From Chloroherpetonaceae bacterium (GTDB lineage: Bacteria > Bacteroidota > Chlorobiia > Chlorobiales > Chloroherpetonaceae): DNA of 64,000 bases. Numbering within the stretch: position 1 is the first letter of the stretch; each line of letters starts with the position of its first letter. Below, in pieces: positions 1-9,244 of this stretch. Under the pieces are notes generated by a model. It was given only the letters and a program-made list of their open reading frames with translations, made no database searches and was not told where the DNA came from. Location of the stretch: the NCBI GenBank assembly GCA_028277445.1, contig JANQGG010000064.1:3124-67123 (forward strand). Direction: 5' to 3'. A program made the position numbers and the translations under genes.

Positions 1-2135
1 TCGTTGATCGATGGTTTATGATGCCCGTTGCCATTTCCGTTAGTATGGGCTTCTTCCGATTGCGCGTTGTCGTTCAACAAGTCCATTGAAGCGGCACGCT
101 CTTTAATATCAAGCAGCAATTCATCAGAAGGGTGTTTTTGATATGCTTCAATCATATCTTTTATTTGTCGCAAGTCTTTATATAGACCAGCTTTTTCAAG
201 CGGCGGCGCCATATAGCTAACAATAGTTGCGCTGCTTCGGCGTTTGGCTATAGTTGCTTCGCTGGGGTTATTGACGCAATAGTAATAAACATTAGGAAGG
301 TGACCCAAAAGCCTTGTTGGCCAGCACGATGCGCTTAAACCGTTTTGCTTACCGGGCATGAACTCCAAAGCGCCGTGCGTGCCGAAGTGCAAAACCACAT
401 CCGATTTGTATTGATGGTTCAACCAGGTATAAAACGCGGCAAAGCCATGATGAGGCGCCGCATCTTTTGCCATGAGCAAACGCATCGGATCGCGTTCGTA
501 TCCAAAACTGGGTTGCTGGCCAATGAATACATTTCCAAAGGAGCATCCAAGGATATAAAATCTTTCGCCATCCGTGAGCAAGTCGCCAGGCGCATTTCCC
601 CAATACGGTTCAATTTCGTGATAATCAGGGAAATGTTTTTTGTAATCGTTTAGGGGCAGAAAGTCCTGAACATTTCCATTGGTTCCGAAAGTATTGTGAT
701 TGCCATTTATAATGGCCTCTCTGAGGTCTTCAGGGCTTGAAGGGACATTCACCGTGTAGCCCTGATTTTTTAGTTCCGAAAGCAACCGATGCAAGCTGGA
801 AAACACATCCAGGTAAGCCGCTGTTCCAATATTGCCAAGATTGGGTGGAAAATTAAATAAGACTATGGCTAATTTTTTCTCAGCGTTGGATTTGCGGTGT
901 AGTTTCACACGTTGGTAAATCCGTTTTACCGCAAGCTCTATTTCTTCTTTAATGGGTTCTATTCGCTCTAATGATGAACCGGGTCCCCCATAAATCCTGG
1001 GTTCAGTGGCGCCATCCAGTTCAGGAATGGCAATGCTTAAGGCCAATTGAACCGGCGAAAGTCCCATCGGATCGTCTTTCCATTCGTGTGTTCGTTGAAA
1101 TGCCAATGGGATCATTTCCATGTATGATACGCCCAAATCTTTCAGAACCTCCTTGGCTTCGTCCGCCCTGCTTTCTGCAGGGCCGCCAACCAGGGAAAAT
1201 CCGGTGGCATTTATGAGCACATCAATACCTAGTTTTTTGGCGTTTTTATACCCGCTTTCAGATAAATCCGCTTTGAAAAATTGCGCAATTGCCGGCCGGA
1301 AATCCAGCCCGCCCGAATAAGCCACACAAACTTCTAATCCTTTGGATTCAAGAGAATAAACCAGGTTTGAAAGATGCTTGGTATTGCCGCCTAAAATGGA
1401 AGCCCTCATTGAGAGAATAGCAACACGTCCTTCATTTAAAGACAACCCACGCGATTTCTGCCATTTGTTATAATCTGCTATTGTATCAAAATGGGTTTCC
1501 GATTCAGGATGATAAATTGCCGTTTCGGGATAGAAAAGCGGATCTTTTACCGGTAATTTCCCTTTATACTCCGGTATGTAATGATCAACAAAAAACATGA
1601 TCATCCGTGAAATGTTTTCATAAGAGCCGTTTAACCAATATTGATGAGCGGCAATAAATGCATAGATGTCTTTTGCTTTGCCAGGTATCATTTTTAAAAC
1701 CTTGGTCAGGTTTCTAACAATACCCAATTGTCGTTGGCTTTCGCCATGCCCATGTTTTGGTTTCAATCGCCCCATTAATTTTTTAATGGGGTTTGAGCTT
1801 TCTTCCTGCTCGGGTTTATTAAGAACAAAGCGTCCTAAGCGCGTTTGTTTAATCAGGGCAGGGTTGCTGGTGATAATACAAACCGGGCATGTGGCCGTTT
1901 GCAACTGTGTTTCAAGTGGACGGACAACATCTTCACTAAAAAGCATTGAGCCGAAAATAAAATCAGCTTCGGAAATGTCTTTGGCTAACTTATCCCAATC
2001 GTTTTGAGAGCGCAATAACGAAACATTATAGAGCTTTAAATCTATACCGAGATCAAACTGGGCATTTAATGCCTTAACAGCTTGATGAAGCGCCATGTTA
2101 TTGGTCACTTCCATCGTTAAAAAAATAAATCGCAT
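1..2135 (-). CDS. bchH: Magnesium chelatase H subunit (BchH/ChlH-CobN family), N-terminal ~711 codons; the 3' end lies beyond the left window edge
   Basis: Absent from the ORF track because it has no stop inside the window. Hand translation of the minus strand from the ATG at 2135 (AGGAGG just upstream) gives an uninterrupted frame MRFIFLTMEVTNN... It is collinear with the paralog at 4441..8265: IPGKAKD..YW, HFGTHGALEFMPGKQ vs HMGMHGTVEWMPGLQ, NNPSEATIAKRR vs NNPSEANIAKRR. Confidence 0.85.
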   Translation of the reverse strand, partial: MRFIFLTMEVTNNMALHQAVKALNAQFDLGIDLKLYNVSLLRSQNDWDKLAKDISEADFIFGSMLFSEDVVRPLETQLQTATCPVCIITSNPALIKQTRLGRFVLNKPEQEESSNPIKKLMGRLKPKHGHGESQRQLGIVRNLTKVLKMIPGKAKDIYAFIAAHQYWLNGSYENISRMIMFFVDHYIPEYKGKLPVKDPLFYPETAIYHPESETHFDTIADYNKWQKSRGLSLNEGRVAILSMRASILGGNTKHLSNLVYSLESKGLEVCVAYSGGLDFRPAIAQFFKADLSESGYKNAKKLGIDVLINATGFSLVGGPAESRADEAKEVLKDLGVSYMEMIPLAFQRTHEWKDDPMGLSPVQLALSIAIPELDGATEPRIYGGPGSSLERIEPIKEEIELAVKRIYQRVKLHRKSNAEKKLAIVLFNFPPNLGNIGTAAYLDVFSSLHRLLSELKNQGYTVNVPSSPEDLREAIINGNHNTFGTNGNVQDFLPLNDYKKHFPDYHEIEPYWGNAPGDLLTDGERFYILGCSFGNVFIGQQPSFGYERDPMRLLMAKDAAPHHGFAAFYTWLNHQYKSDVVLHFGTHGALEFMPGKQNGLSASCWPTRLLGHLPNVYYYCVNNPSEATIAKRRSSATIVSYMAPPLEKAGLYKDLRQIKDMIEAYQKHPSDELLLDIKERAASMDLLNDNAQSEEAHTNGNGNGHHKPSIN

Positions 2136-2220
2136 ATGTCCTCCTTTATACAAGTTGATCCAAAGTTTTTATAAAAAATTCGCTATGAACTCAAAGCGCA
2201 TGTGATTCTTCTTTTTCAAG

Positions 2221-2252
2221 AAAAATCAAAACAGCAAAACAAGATGTTTTGC
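2221..2252 (-). terminator. Hairpin plus U-tract between the small ORF (stop 2264) and the bchH start (2135); candidate terminator or attenuator
   Basis: Minus strand reads GCAAAACA-TCT-TGTTTTGC followed by TGTTTTGATTTTT. The stem is 8 bp and AU-rich. Confidence 0.4.
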
Positions 2253-2263
2253 GGCTCAATGGA

Positions 2264-2755
2264 TCAAATCAAAAGAGGTAAACTTAAAGCGTGTAAATGT
2301 GAAGTTTGGTTGCTGGTTATGTTGCGGGGAAACAAAACAATTGGTTGCGAAGGTCTGGAAAAAAACTCGGTTGGGGTGAGAAATGGCGAACAACTGATTG
2401 AAAATAAAGACGGATGTTTTAATGAACTCAACAGTGCAGGTCGGTCGATTTCTTCATCGGAAGACTCAATATCCTTTTTTTGAACGCTACCATGTGAAGT
2501 GGATACAAAAACACCTGAAATAATTCTTGGAGGCGCAATAAGATGTGCATGCGATTGAAGAGGAACCAAACGCACAATTTCATTTTGTGTGCGATAGTCT
2601 TTCCCTTTCGCAGATATTGAAGAAGGCGCCTTGGCAAATCCTGTAGAACCAAGAACAGAAATCAAGAAAAAGATATAAACCTCAACTATTCGCCAGAATT
2701 CCCGAGCAACCTTATTTATATTTGTGCCTGCCTTCATGATGATAAGTAATCTCAA
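2264..2755 (-). CDS. Hypothetical small single-pass membrane protein, paralog A of a two-member family in this window
   Basis: 163-codon open frame in AT-rich DNA. One predicted TM helix (VEVYIFFLISVLGSTGF). Homologous along its whole length to ORF 12986..13375 (FWRIVEVYIFF / FWRLVEVYLFL; both end in PLLI). Several shared residues use different synonymous codons, which favours a protein over an RNA. Confidence 0.55.
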   Translation of the reverse strand: MRLLIIMKAGTNINKVAREFWRIVEVYIFFLISVLGSTGFAKAPSSISAKGKDYRTQNEIVRLVPLQSHAHLIAPPRIISGVFVSTSHGSVQKKDIESSDEEIDRPALLSSLKHPSLFSISCSPFLTPTEFFSRPSQPIVLFPRNITSNQTSHLHALSLPLLI

Positions 2756-3050
2756 AATCGAGAATATGTAAAACTAATCAAACATTTGCTTTATAAACAA
2801 TACAAAATACAAAGCCCTGCATCCTAACGATAAAGATAGTGTTATACAAGACTGCTTGAAAATTTAATGGATATGCTTTTACAAAATTGTACAACGATGA
2901 TAAGTTATAGATTTATAATCTGTTATACATAATAACGACTTTTACAACGGAATAATCTTATGTACGATTTATTTTTAAGGGCTTAACAAAAAAACGTTTT
3001 ATCGATTTCTCTTGATGAGTTGCATTCCTTGGATTACTATGATGCTTAGT

Positions 3051-4241
3051 CTAAAAAGTTTTGGCTCGTTCGGCCTGGCTCTTTGATCGTGATACACAAT
3101 CTTCAATGGCCATTCCTCCATAATAATTACCGGTTAGCAAAAGTTTTTGCCCATCAAGAAGTTGATTGACTTTTTTAAGCCACTCATTATGGCCGACTCT
3201 TAACGATGGCACGGTATTTTGGATTTCATAATGATGGATAATTTTATCCTCGGAAATACCTAGCACATCGGTTATGCGCTCGGTTTTTGTTTGCGGACTT
3301 ACGCCGGATTTAAAATGAAATGCAAAACCACGATACGTTGTATCAGGGACAGTATCTCTTGATACCGCTGAAAAGAAACTATCGTTGGGTGAAATAATAG
3401 CGGCAACTGGTTTTAGCGATAACTGGTCTTTCTTAACAACAACACCTACAGAATCAACTGTAGCAGATTTAAGTATGCTAAGATGATCGGCAAGTTCTGT
3501 ATTTATGTTTTGAAGGAGATTTGCCGAAATTGCAGAAGGCGTTGCCAAAGCAAGTATCGGCGCCGTATAAGAATCGCCATTAGCAGTTCTTAATTGGTAT
3601 TCATCGCCGCTTTTTTCGATGCCGGCAACCTCCTGAGAAGTTTGTATGGCAATGTCTTTATTTTTTGCAATGGCTTGGGCTACGGATTGTAATCCGTTTT
3701 TAAAGGTGTAATTTTTCAGAACTTCTTTTCGCTTTGAACGCGATTTAAACATGATATCTGCCGGAAAGTCATCGGTGGGTTGAGAAGGTACGGCATTAAA
3801 GAAGTGGCTGAGGGCATTCGCGTAATTGTTCTTTCCAACAATTTGAGAATAGTATTCACGAACGGTTAAACCGTCTTTCTTGAGCGAAAAAACTTTCGGG
3901 ATTGATACCAACGCCTCAAATAGGTTTAGCACAGAAAAAACCGATTTAAGCTCCCGGTCAACCATTAAGGTGAAGGGGACTTTTGCTCTGGGTATAATTT
4001 CGCTGGAAATACCGCAGGCATCTACAATATCCAGTAGATTTTGATACGAATTATAACAAGTATGCGCGCCTAGTTCCAACCAGAAGCTTGAGCCGTTTTC
4101 GGAATATGGGTGAGATACAAATGAACCGCCAACACTGCTGTTTTTTTCGAGTAGGGTTGTTTTTAATCCGGCCTGAGAGCAATAATGCGCAAGACTCAGT
4201 CCACTAATACCGCCACCTACAATAACAACATCACTTTTCAT
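3051..4241 (-). CDS. FAD-dependent oxidoreductase, protoporphyrinogen oxidase (HemY)-like
   Basis: N-terminal dinucleotide fold DVVIVGGGISGLSLAHY...LLEKNSSVGG. C-terminal GNYYGGMAIEDCVSRS resembles the HemY/amine-oxidase family C-terminus. Shorter (396 aa) than typical HemY. Sits between two bchH paralogs. Confidence 0.6.
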   Translation of the reverse strand: MKSDVVIVGGGISGLSLAHYCSQAGLKTTLLEKNSSVGGSFVSHPYSENGSSFWLELGAHTCYNSYQNLLDIVDACGISSEIIPRAKVPFTLMVDRELKSVFSVLNLFEALVSIPKVFSLKKDGLTVREYYSQIVGKNNYANALSHFFNAVPSQPTDDFPADIMFKSRSKRKEVLKNYTFKNGLQSVAQAIAKNKDIAIQTSQEVAGIEKSGDEYQLRTANGDSYTAPILALATPSAISANLLQNINTELADHLSILKSATVDSVGVVVKKDQLSLKPVAAIISPNDSFFSAVSRDTVPDTTYRGFAFHFKSGVSPQTKTERITDVLGISEDKIIHHYEIQNTVPSLRVGHNEWLKKVNQLLDGQKLLLTGNYYGGMAIEDCVSRSKSQAERAKTF

Positions 4242-4440
4242 TGAATTTTGTTTTGAATACTTTTTGAATATTTCCGGGAAATTCTATGAAACTTCTTTAG
4301 CTACCATCTAATATGCCCGGGGTGTTTGTGTCATTAAATAATTAAGAACGAAGCAAGTTCGGCGTCAGGGAAATGATTACAGCACATTATTTCCCTGGAC
4401 ACCGATAAACATTTTGAGGATTTTTAAATCAAACATATGT

Positions 4441-7400
4441 TTAATTCACTTCTATACCTTCAAGCTTATCTTCCAAATCAGAATAGATTTCCTGAAGTTT
4501 ATCGATAGTATCCTGATCAGCTTGCCACATGCCACGACCGGAAGCTTCTAGCATACGGCCAACAATATTTTTCATCGCTTCAGGATTAGCTTTGGATAAC
4601 TTTTCACGCATTTTCGGATCAAAGGCGTAAGTTTCCGCCGCTTTTTCATAAACCCAGTCATCCACACTTTTTGAAACCGCATCCCAACCCAGCATATAAG
4701 TAAATCGATTGCTGATTTCCGTAGCGCCACTATGGCCTTGCGAGATCATGCTTTCATACCATTTTGGATTCAGCAATTTGGATCGGTATTCAACTCTCAA
4801 GGTTTTATCCACATCATCCACTTTAACATCGGCGGTAAAAGACTCAACATAGTTGAGCTTAACGCCGGTACCTTTTTTATTGTGCATACGCGCCGAAAGC
4901 TGAAGCGAACCCGATGAGGAGAAGTAGCGGTCGATATCGGATATGCCGAATTCAGCCGAATCCACTTGTTGAACGACACGATCTACCGTACCCATAAGTC
5001 CTTTCAGAATATCAGTTTCCTGAGCGCCATTCCGGTTGCCGCCATATGCAAAACTGGTTCTGCGAATGAACATATTGTCCAGATCTTCTTCAGATTCCCA
5101 GGACGAGTCTTCAACCATTTCATCAACAAAACTGCCGTAATTGCCTTGCGCTTGTGTGAAGATACGCGATGTGGCGCTCTCAAACGATTTACCTTCTGCC
5201 ATGGCTTCATCGACATGTTTTTTGATGAAGTTCATCTCATGCGGTTCATCGGCCTTTGCAGCGGAGACCACCAAACGATCCAAAAGATCAAGCAGGTTTC
5301 CAAAGTTATCACGGAAAATGGAGCTGACTTGCATGAGCACGTCAATTCGTGGTCGTTTAAGCTTGTCTAATGGAATAAGCTCATAATGGCTGATTTTTCC
5401 TTGGGCATCGTACGCCGGTTTAGCGCCGATGAGCTTAATTACAATCGCTACCGACTCCCCTTTGGTTTTGATGGTATCCAGTCCCCAAAGCACTTGGGCA
5501 ATGGTTTCGGGATACTCACCGCCGGACTCAGCCAAATGACGTTCGATAATGGTATCGGCAATTTGTGAGCCGCGTGTATTGGCAACTTCGGAAGGAATGC
5601 GCCATGGATCGATGGAATGAATGTTTCGACCGGTTGGAAGAATATTCAACCCATCACGAATAAGGTCGCCACCCGGCCCTGCCGGCAAATATTGACCTTG
5701 CAAGGTATTGATGAGCGAATCCATTTCGCCGGTGTTGTTTTTCATGGAGCGAACCATTTCGCGTCCGGTGTGCAAACTATCATCCAAATGTTTGGCCATA
5801 TCTTCGGAAATCGTGACCTGATCGGTAAGTTTGTTGAAGATTTCGCGCGGGTGTTTTCGATCAAAAATACAGGCCTCAACAAAAGTTTTGCAGGCGTCAT
5901 CAACTTTTTCACGCAATACCATAGCGCTTTGATCGCCCTGACGAGCAGTAGCCGCTAATTCGGTATAACCCTGATACTTAGCGCCCTCTTCAAGTGATTT
6001 AAGGAAAATCGATGGCAGAGAATGGCCGTTTCCTCTTAATTTTAGTGTTTCAACAACAGTCGTGATCTGTTCTTCAACCGGAACCGTGTTGCCGAAAACA
6101 TGCATTTCGCTGCTGATCAGGCGATTTTCCAGATCCATCAAGTACATGTAAAGACGGCTTAAATAGTCGGCAAAGGATTCTCCGTCAATTCTTGGGCAAT
6201 CGTCATTAAGATTAAGCTGGGCAACTTTTTCGGTAATGGCTTCTTCGATTTCCGGATTTGAAGTTTCAGCCTCGCCCAAGCCCCGCTCACGATAATCGTT
6301 GATCATATCTTTTAGCGCGGGCAGCTCTTTATACAAGCCAGCGCGTGAAAGTGGCGGGACGGCATGTGAGATCATGGTGGCATACCCGCGTCGTTTGGCA
6401 ATATTGGCTTCGCTGGGGTTATTGACCGGATAGAGGTAAACATGCGGCGTTTCTCCAAGCAACGCATCCGGCCAGCACTCTGAAGTGAGTCCGAGCTGCA
6501 GACCTGGCATCCATTCTACCGTTCCATGCATACCCATGTGGATAGTGCAATCAGCCTGGAATTTTCGGCTGATCCAACGATAGAAGGCCATGTATTGATG
6601 GTGAGGGCAGTTCTCTTTATCGAAAAGGAGTCGCATTGGATCGCCCTGAACGCCAAGCCGCGGTTGAACGCCGATATAAACATTGCCGAAAGTGATCCCG
6701 CCGATATAGACTTTGTCTTCAGCAGCCGGAGCAATATCACCCGGGAACGATTCCCATCGGGTATTGATTAATTCACGTTCGTTATCGGATGTCAGCAACT
6801 CAAAATCTTCTTTACTAACACAAATCGCATCCGAGGAGTTGTATTGTGTTTGAAAGTCTGTGGCCTGATTCAACATATTATAAAGGTCTTCGGATGTTTC
6901 AGGCAAATTTCCCACGTAATAACCTTCCGACTTCAACTTGCGAAGGATTTCCAACAAGCTTTTTGGAACATCAAGCAAAGCGGCGCTGGCTTTACGTCCC
7001 AATCCCGGCGGGTAATCATAAACCACAAAGGCTAATTTTTTCTCGCTATTTGCTTTGCGGCGCAAGTTTGTCCAACCTTTGGCAAGCGTTGCCAAACGAT
7101 TCAAACGATCAGGAACACTGGTGATCCGTCCATTATGCCCGGCGCCTAAAACCAGCGGGCAAATAGCGCCATCCATTTCAGGCATGGAATAAAGCATTGC
7201 CGATTGAAGCGGCGTAACGCCATGTTGTTTCCAAGACTCCATATCCTGAATAAACAACGGTTGAGCTACAATGTAGGGGACATCCAAAGCGCTCAGAATT
7301 TCATCACGAGCTTCAGCAGATGTACCTGGCGTGGTTGATCCTGCCGGACCGCCGATCAAGCCAAATCCCATCATATTGATGAGCAAGTCAAGTTTTTCTT

Positions 7401-8265
7401 TGGTAAACCAATCGCGAACAACCACGTGGCCTTCAACACCCATTACAAAAACCGGTAAAACATAAAGCCCGGCATTTTCTAAAGCGTGTATGGTATTATC
7501 TATATATGCTTTTTCCTGCAGGAGGTGTTTTCTGAAGAAAAGCAACCCGATATGAGGCGCGGTCTTCGGATTGTTTTTAGCAGATGTTAAACGCTTTTTT
7601 TGCCATTTGTTATAATGAGCAGCATCTGCAAAATAATCTTCAGCGTCGGGATGGTAGAATCCCATGGTTGGAACTTCTTCAACAGATTTTACTTTAACAT
7701 TGACTTCAAAGTATTCTTTGAGGATTAAGCGGAACATATTGGTGAGGTTCTCGGCTGTCGGATGAAGCCAATACGAATACACCAGCATCCAGTTTTTGAA
7801 GTCTTTTGCCTTTTTTGGGATTAAAGGCAACATGGTGCGCATAATCTTCAGCAGCTTCACATACCCGTAAAGGGCATCTTCATCGCGGCCTTTAACGAGC
7901 AGCTTGGCAACTTTTTTAACGATATCCGGCATCCCACCGCCTTCAGCATTGGGATTGTAGGTTCCGACTTTAGTCATGCCCATAACTTCAGGCATCGACT
8001 CGTAAGAGAAAATGGTTTTAATTTTCGATTTATTTACACACTCCTGAAGCCAGTCGGACTGGTGTTTGAATTGAATGAGCGTTAAAAATAAACAATCCGC
8101 TTTTTCTAGGGCTTTTGCCAAGTCCTGGTTTTGTTGCTCCAAATCCAAATCGGACCATTCTTCAAGTTCAGCCACATCTGATAAGCTTTGTCTGACATCT
8201 TGCCAAACCCTTCTGTTGTATTGATCCATACCCAGTATGGCTACAATTCTTTTCTTGTCGTTCAT
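4441..8265 (-). CDS. Magnesium chelatase H-subunit family protein (BchH/BchS/BchT-type paralog, CobN superfamily)
   Basis: 1274 aa, the size and collinear motifs of BchH/ChlH (MGMHGTVEWMPG, NNPSEANIAKRRGYATMISH). AGGAG upstream of the ATG. Confidence 0.9.
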   Translation of the reverse strand: MNDKKRIVAILGMDQYNRRVWQDVRQSLSDVAELEEWSDLDLEQQNQDLAKALEKADCLFLTLIQFKHQSDWLQECVNKSKIKTIFSYESMPEVMGMTKVGTYNPNAEGGGMPDIVKKVAKLLVKGRDEDALYGYVKLLKIMRTMLPLIPKKAKDFKNWMLVYSYWLHPTAENLTNMFRLILKEYFEVNVKVKSVEEVPTMGFYHPDAEDYFADAAHYNKWQKKRLTSAKNNPKTAPHIGLLFFRKHLLQEKAYIDNTIHALENAGLYVLPVFVMGVEGHVVVRDWFTKEKLDLLINMMGFGLIGGPAGSTTPGTSAEARDEILSALDVPYIVAQPLFIQDMESWKQHGVTPLQSAMLYSMPEMDGAICPLVLGAGHNGRITSVPDRLNRLATLAKGWTNLRRKANSEKKLAFVVYDYPPGLGRKASAALLDVPKSLLEILRKLKSEGYYVGNLPETSEDLYNMLNQATDFQTQYNSSDAICVSKEDFELLTSDNERELINTRWESFPGDIAPAAEDKVYIGGITFGNVYIGVQPRLGVQGDPMRLLFDKENCPHHQYMAFYRWISRKFQADCTIHMGMHGTVEWMPGLQLGLTSECWPDALLGETPHVYLYPVNNPSEANIAKRRGYATMISHAVPPLSRAGLYKELPALKDMINDYRERGLGEAETSNPEIEEAITEKVAQLNLNDDCPRIDGESFADYLSRLYMYLMDLENRLISSEMHVFGNTVPVEEQITTVVETLKLRGNGHSLPSIFLKSLEEGAKYQGYTELAATARQGDQSAMVLREKVDDACKTFVEACIFDRKHPREIFNKLTDQVTISEDMAKHLDDSLHTGREMVRSMKNNTGEMDSLINTLQGQYLPAGPGGDLIRDGLNILPTGRNIHSIDPWRIPSEVANTRGSQIADTIIERHLAESGGEYPETIAQVLWGLDTIKTKGESVAIVIKLIGAKPAYDAQGKISHYELIPLDKLKRPRIDVLMQVSSIFRDNFGNLLDLLDRLVVSAAKADEPHEMNFIKKHVDEAMAEGKSFESATSRIFTQAQGNYGSFVDEMVEDSSWESEEDLDNMFIRRTSFAYGGNRNGAQETDILKGLMGTVDRVVQQVDSAEFGISDIDRYFSSSGSLQLSARMHNKKGTGVKLNYVESFTADVKVDDVDKTLRVEYRSKLLNPKWYESMISQGHSGATEISNRFTYMLGWDAVSKSVDDWVYEKAAETYAFDPKMREKLSKANPEAMKNIVGRMLEASGRGMWQADQDTIDKLQEIYSDLEDKLEGIEVN

Positions 8266-8385
8266 CCGTTTGTGTCTCCTTTAGCGCTGAAGGTGTTTTT
8301 TAGTTAAACCGTTTTCTCTATGTGAAACCCTTATAAATATTAGGGTATTGGTTATGAGATTGAGAGATAAATTTGAAAATCAAAA

Positions 8386-9153
8386 TTAGGTTTCGTGATA
8401 GATTTTATGCTTATGCATAGACGAAACTCTACAAATTCGGTTTAAGTTTTTAACGGCCACTTCTAATTTGTTGAATGGAAATGCCAGCATTAACTCATTA
8501 TCGCTAAAAACCATGCCTGTATTGCCGCCGATATCCCCTAAAGTAAAAGCCGGCTTATCGGTTTTATAAACATAACTTGAAACCATTTCGCAGGTTGAAC
8601 CACCCGCTATGCCTGAAATAAACTCACCCGTATCAAAACCATAGGAACGCAGAATTCGTTGTCCTTGGGCCGGTGTGCAAATGATAAAAACCAAATCTGG
8701 AAGTAATTCAGGCATCTTCATTTTTTCCAGGGGACCAATAATTTGCGCTTCAAACTCCCCGTCTTCAAAAGGAAGCGTGGTTTCTAAAGCGCATTTTAAT
8801 CCTTCCATAGTCCCATAAATCTTACCATCCCCAATCATGAATTTTTCGGCAATCTCAATTGGCATGGTACTTCCGAAACCCGCCGCTATTGAACCTCCTC
8901 CGCAAATTTGTTGAGATTTTATGGTGTAAAACGGCTCGGCACCGTTGAACGCATCACCCCACATTGCGCACAATAAGGATTTATCTTCACCCTTTCCGGC
9001 TTGATCGCCAAAGCGTTTAATACCTTTTGGCAGATCCGATAAAGTTTTTACAAACTTAATACCAATGGGTTTTCGCTCAAGTTTTTCAATTTTACACAAT
9101 GTTGATGATAACTCCTCAGGCGACATACTCAACTCAGGTGATAATTTACTCAT
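8386..9153 (-). CDS. DUF169 (COG2043) family protein
   Basis: 255 aa with the pattern I associate with DUF169: PIGIKF near the N-terminus, C..GG..AAGFG, PLEK...PDLVFIICTPAQGQRILRS, and a late GGSTC / GDIGG...DNELMLAFP segment. Confidence 0.65.
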   Translation of the reverse strand: MSKLSPELSMSPEELSSTLCKIEKLERKPIGIKFVKTLSDLPKGIKRFGDQAGKGEDKSLLCAMWGDAFNGAEPFYTIKSQQICGGGSIAAGFGSTMPIEIAEKFMIGDGKIYGTMEGLKCALETTLPFEDGEFEAQIIGPLEKMKMPELLPDLVFIICTPAQGQRILRSYGFDTGEFISGIAGGSTCEMVSSYVYKTDKPAFTLGDIGGNTGMVFSDNELMLAFPFNKLEVAVKNLNRICRVSSMHKHKIYHET

Positions 9154-9244
9154 GAACCAAAAAAGAGCAATCCTTACCCTTTTGGTGTTTCAATCTAAAA
9201 TAGATTGTAAAAGTCTTTATTTAGCAAAATGTAAAAAAGCGATA

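Noticed and set aside
2880-2910. A shared 9-mer, GATAAGTTA, lies upstream of both small paralogous ORFs (also at 13386-13394). TGTTATACA and TTTTACAA words are repeated in 2830-2960.
   Set aside because: The positions relative to the start codons differ (about 145 nt versus about 15 nt). Short AT-rich word matches are expected by chance in about 300 x 300 nt comparisons.
4732-7124. A series of 60-134 aa ORFs on the plus strand, and out-of-frame minus-strand ORFs, inside the 1274-aa chelatase gene. Similar ones occur at 345-2007 inside the partial bchH.
   Set aside because: They are entirely nested in a long, well-supported gene, have odd composition and no RBS. These are shadow ORFs.
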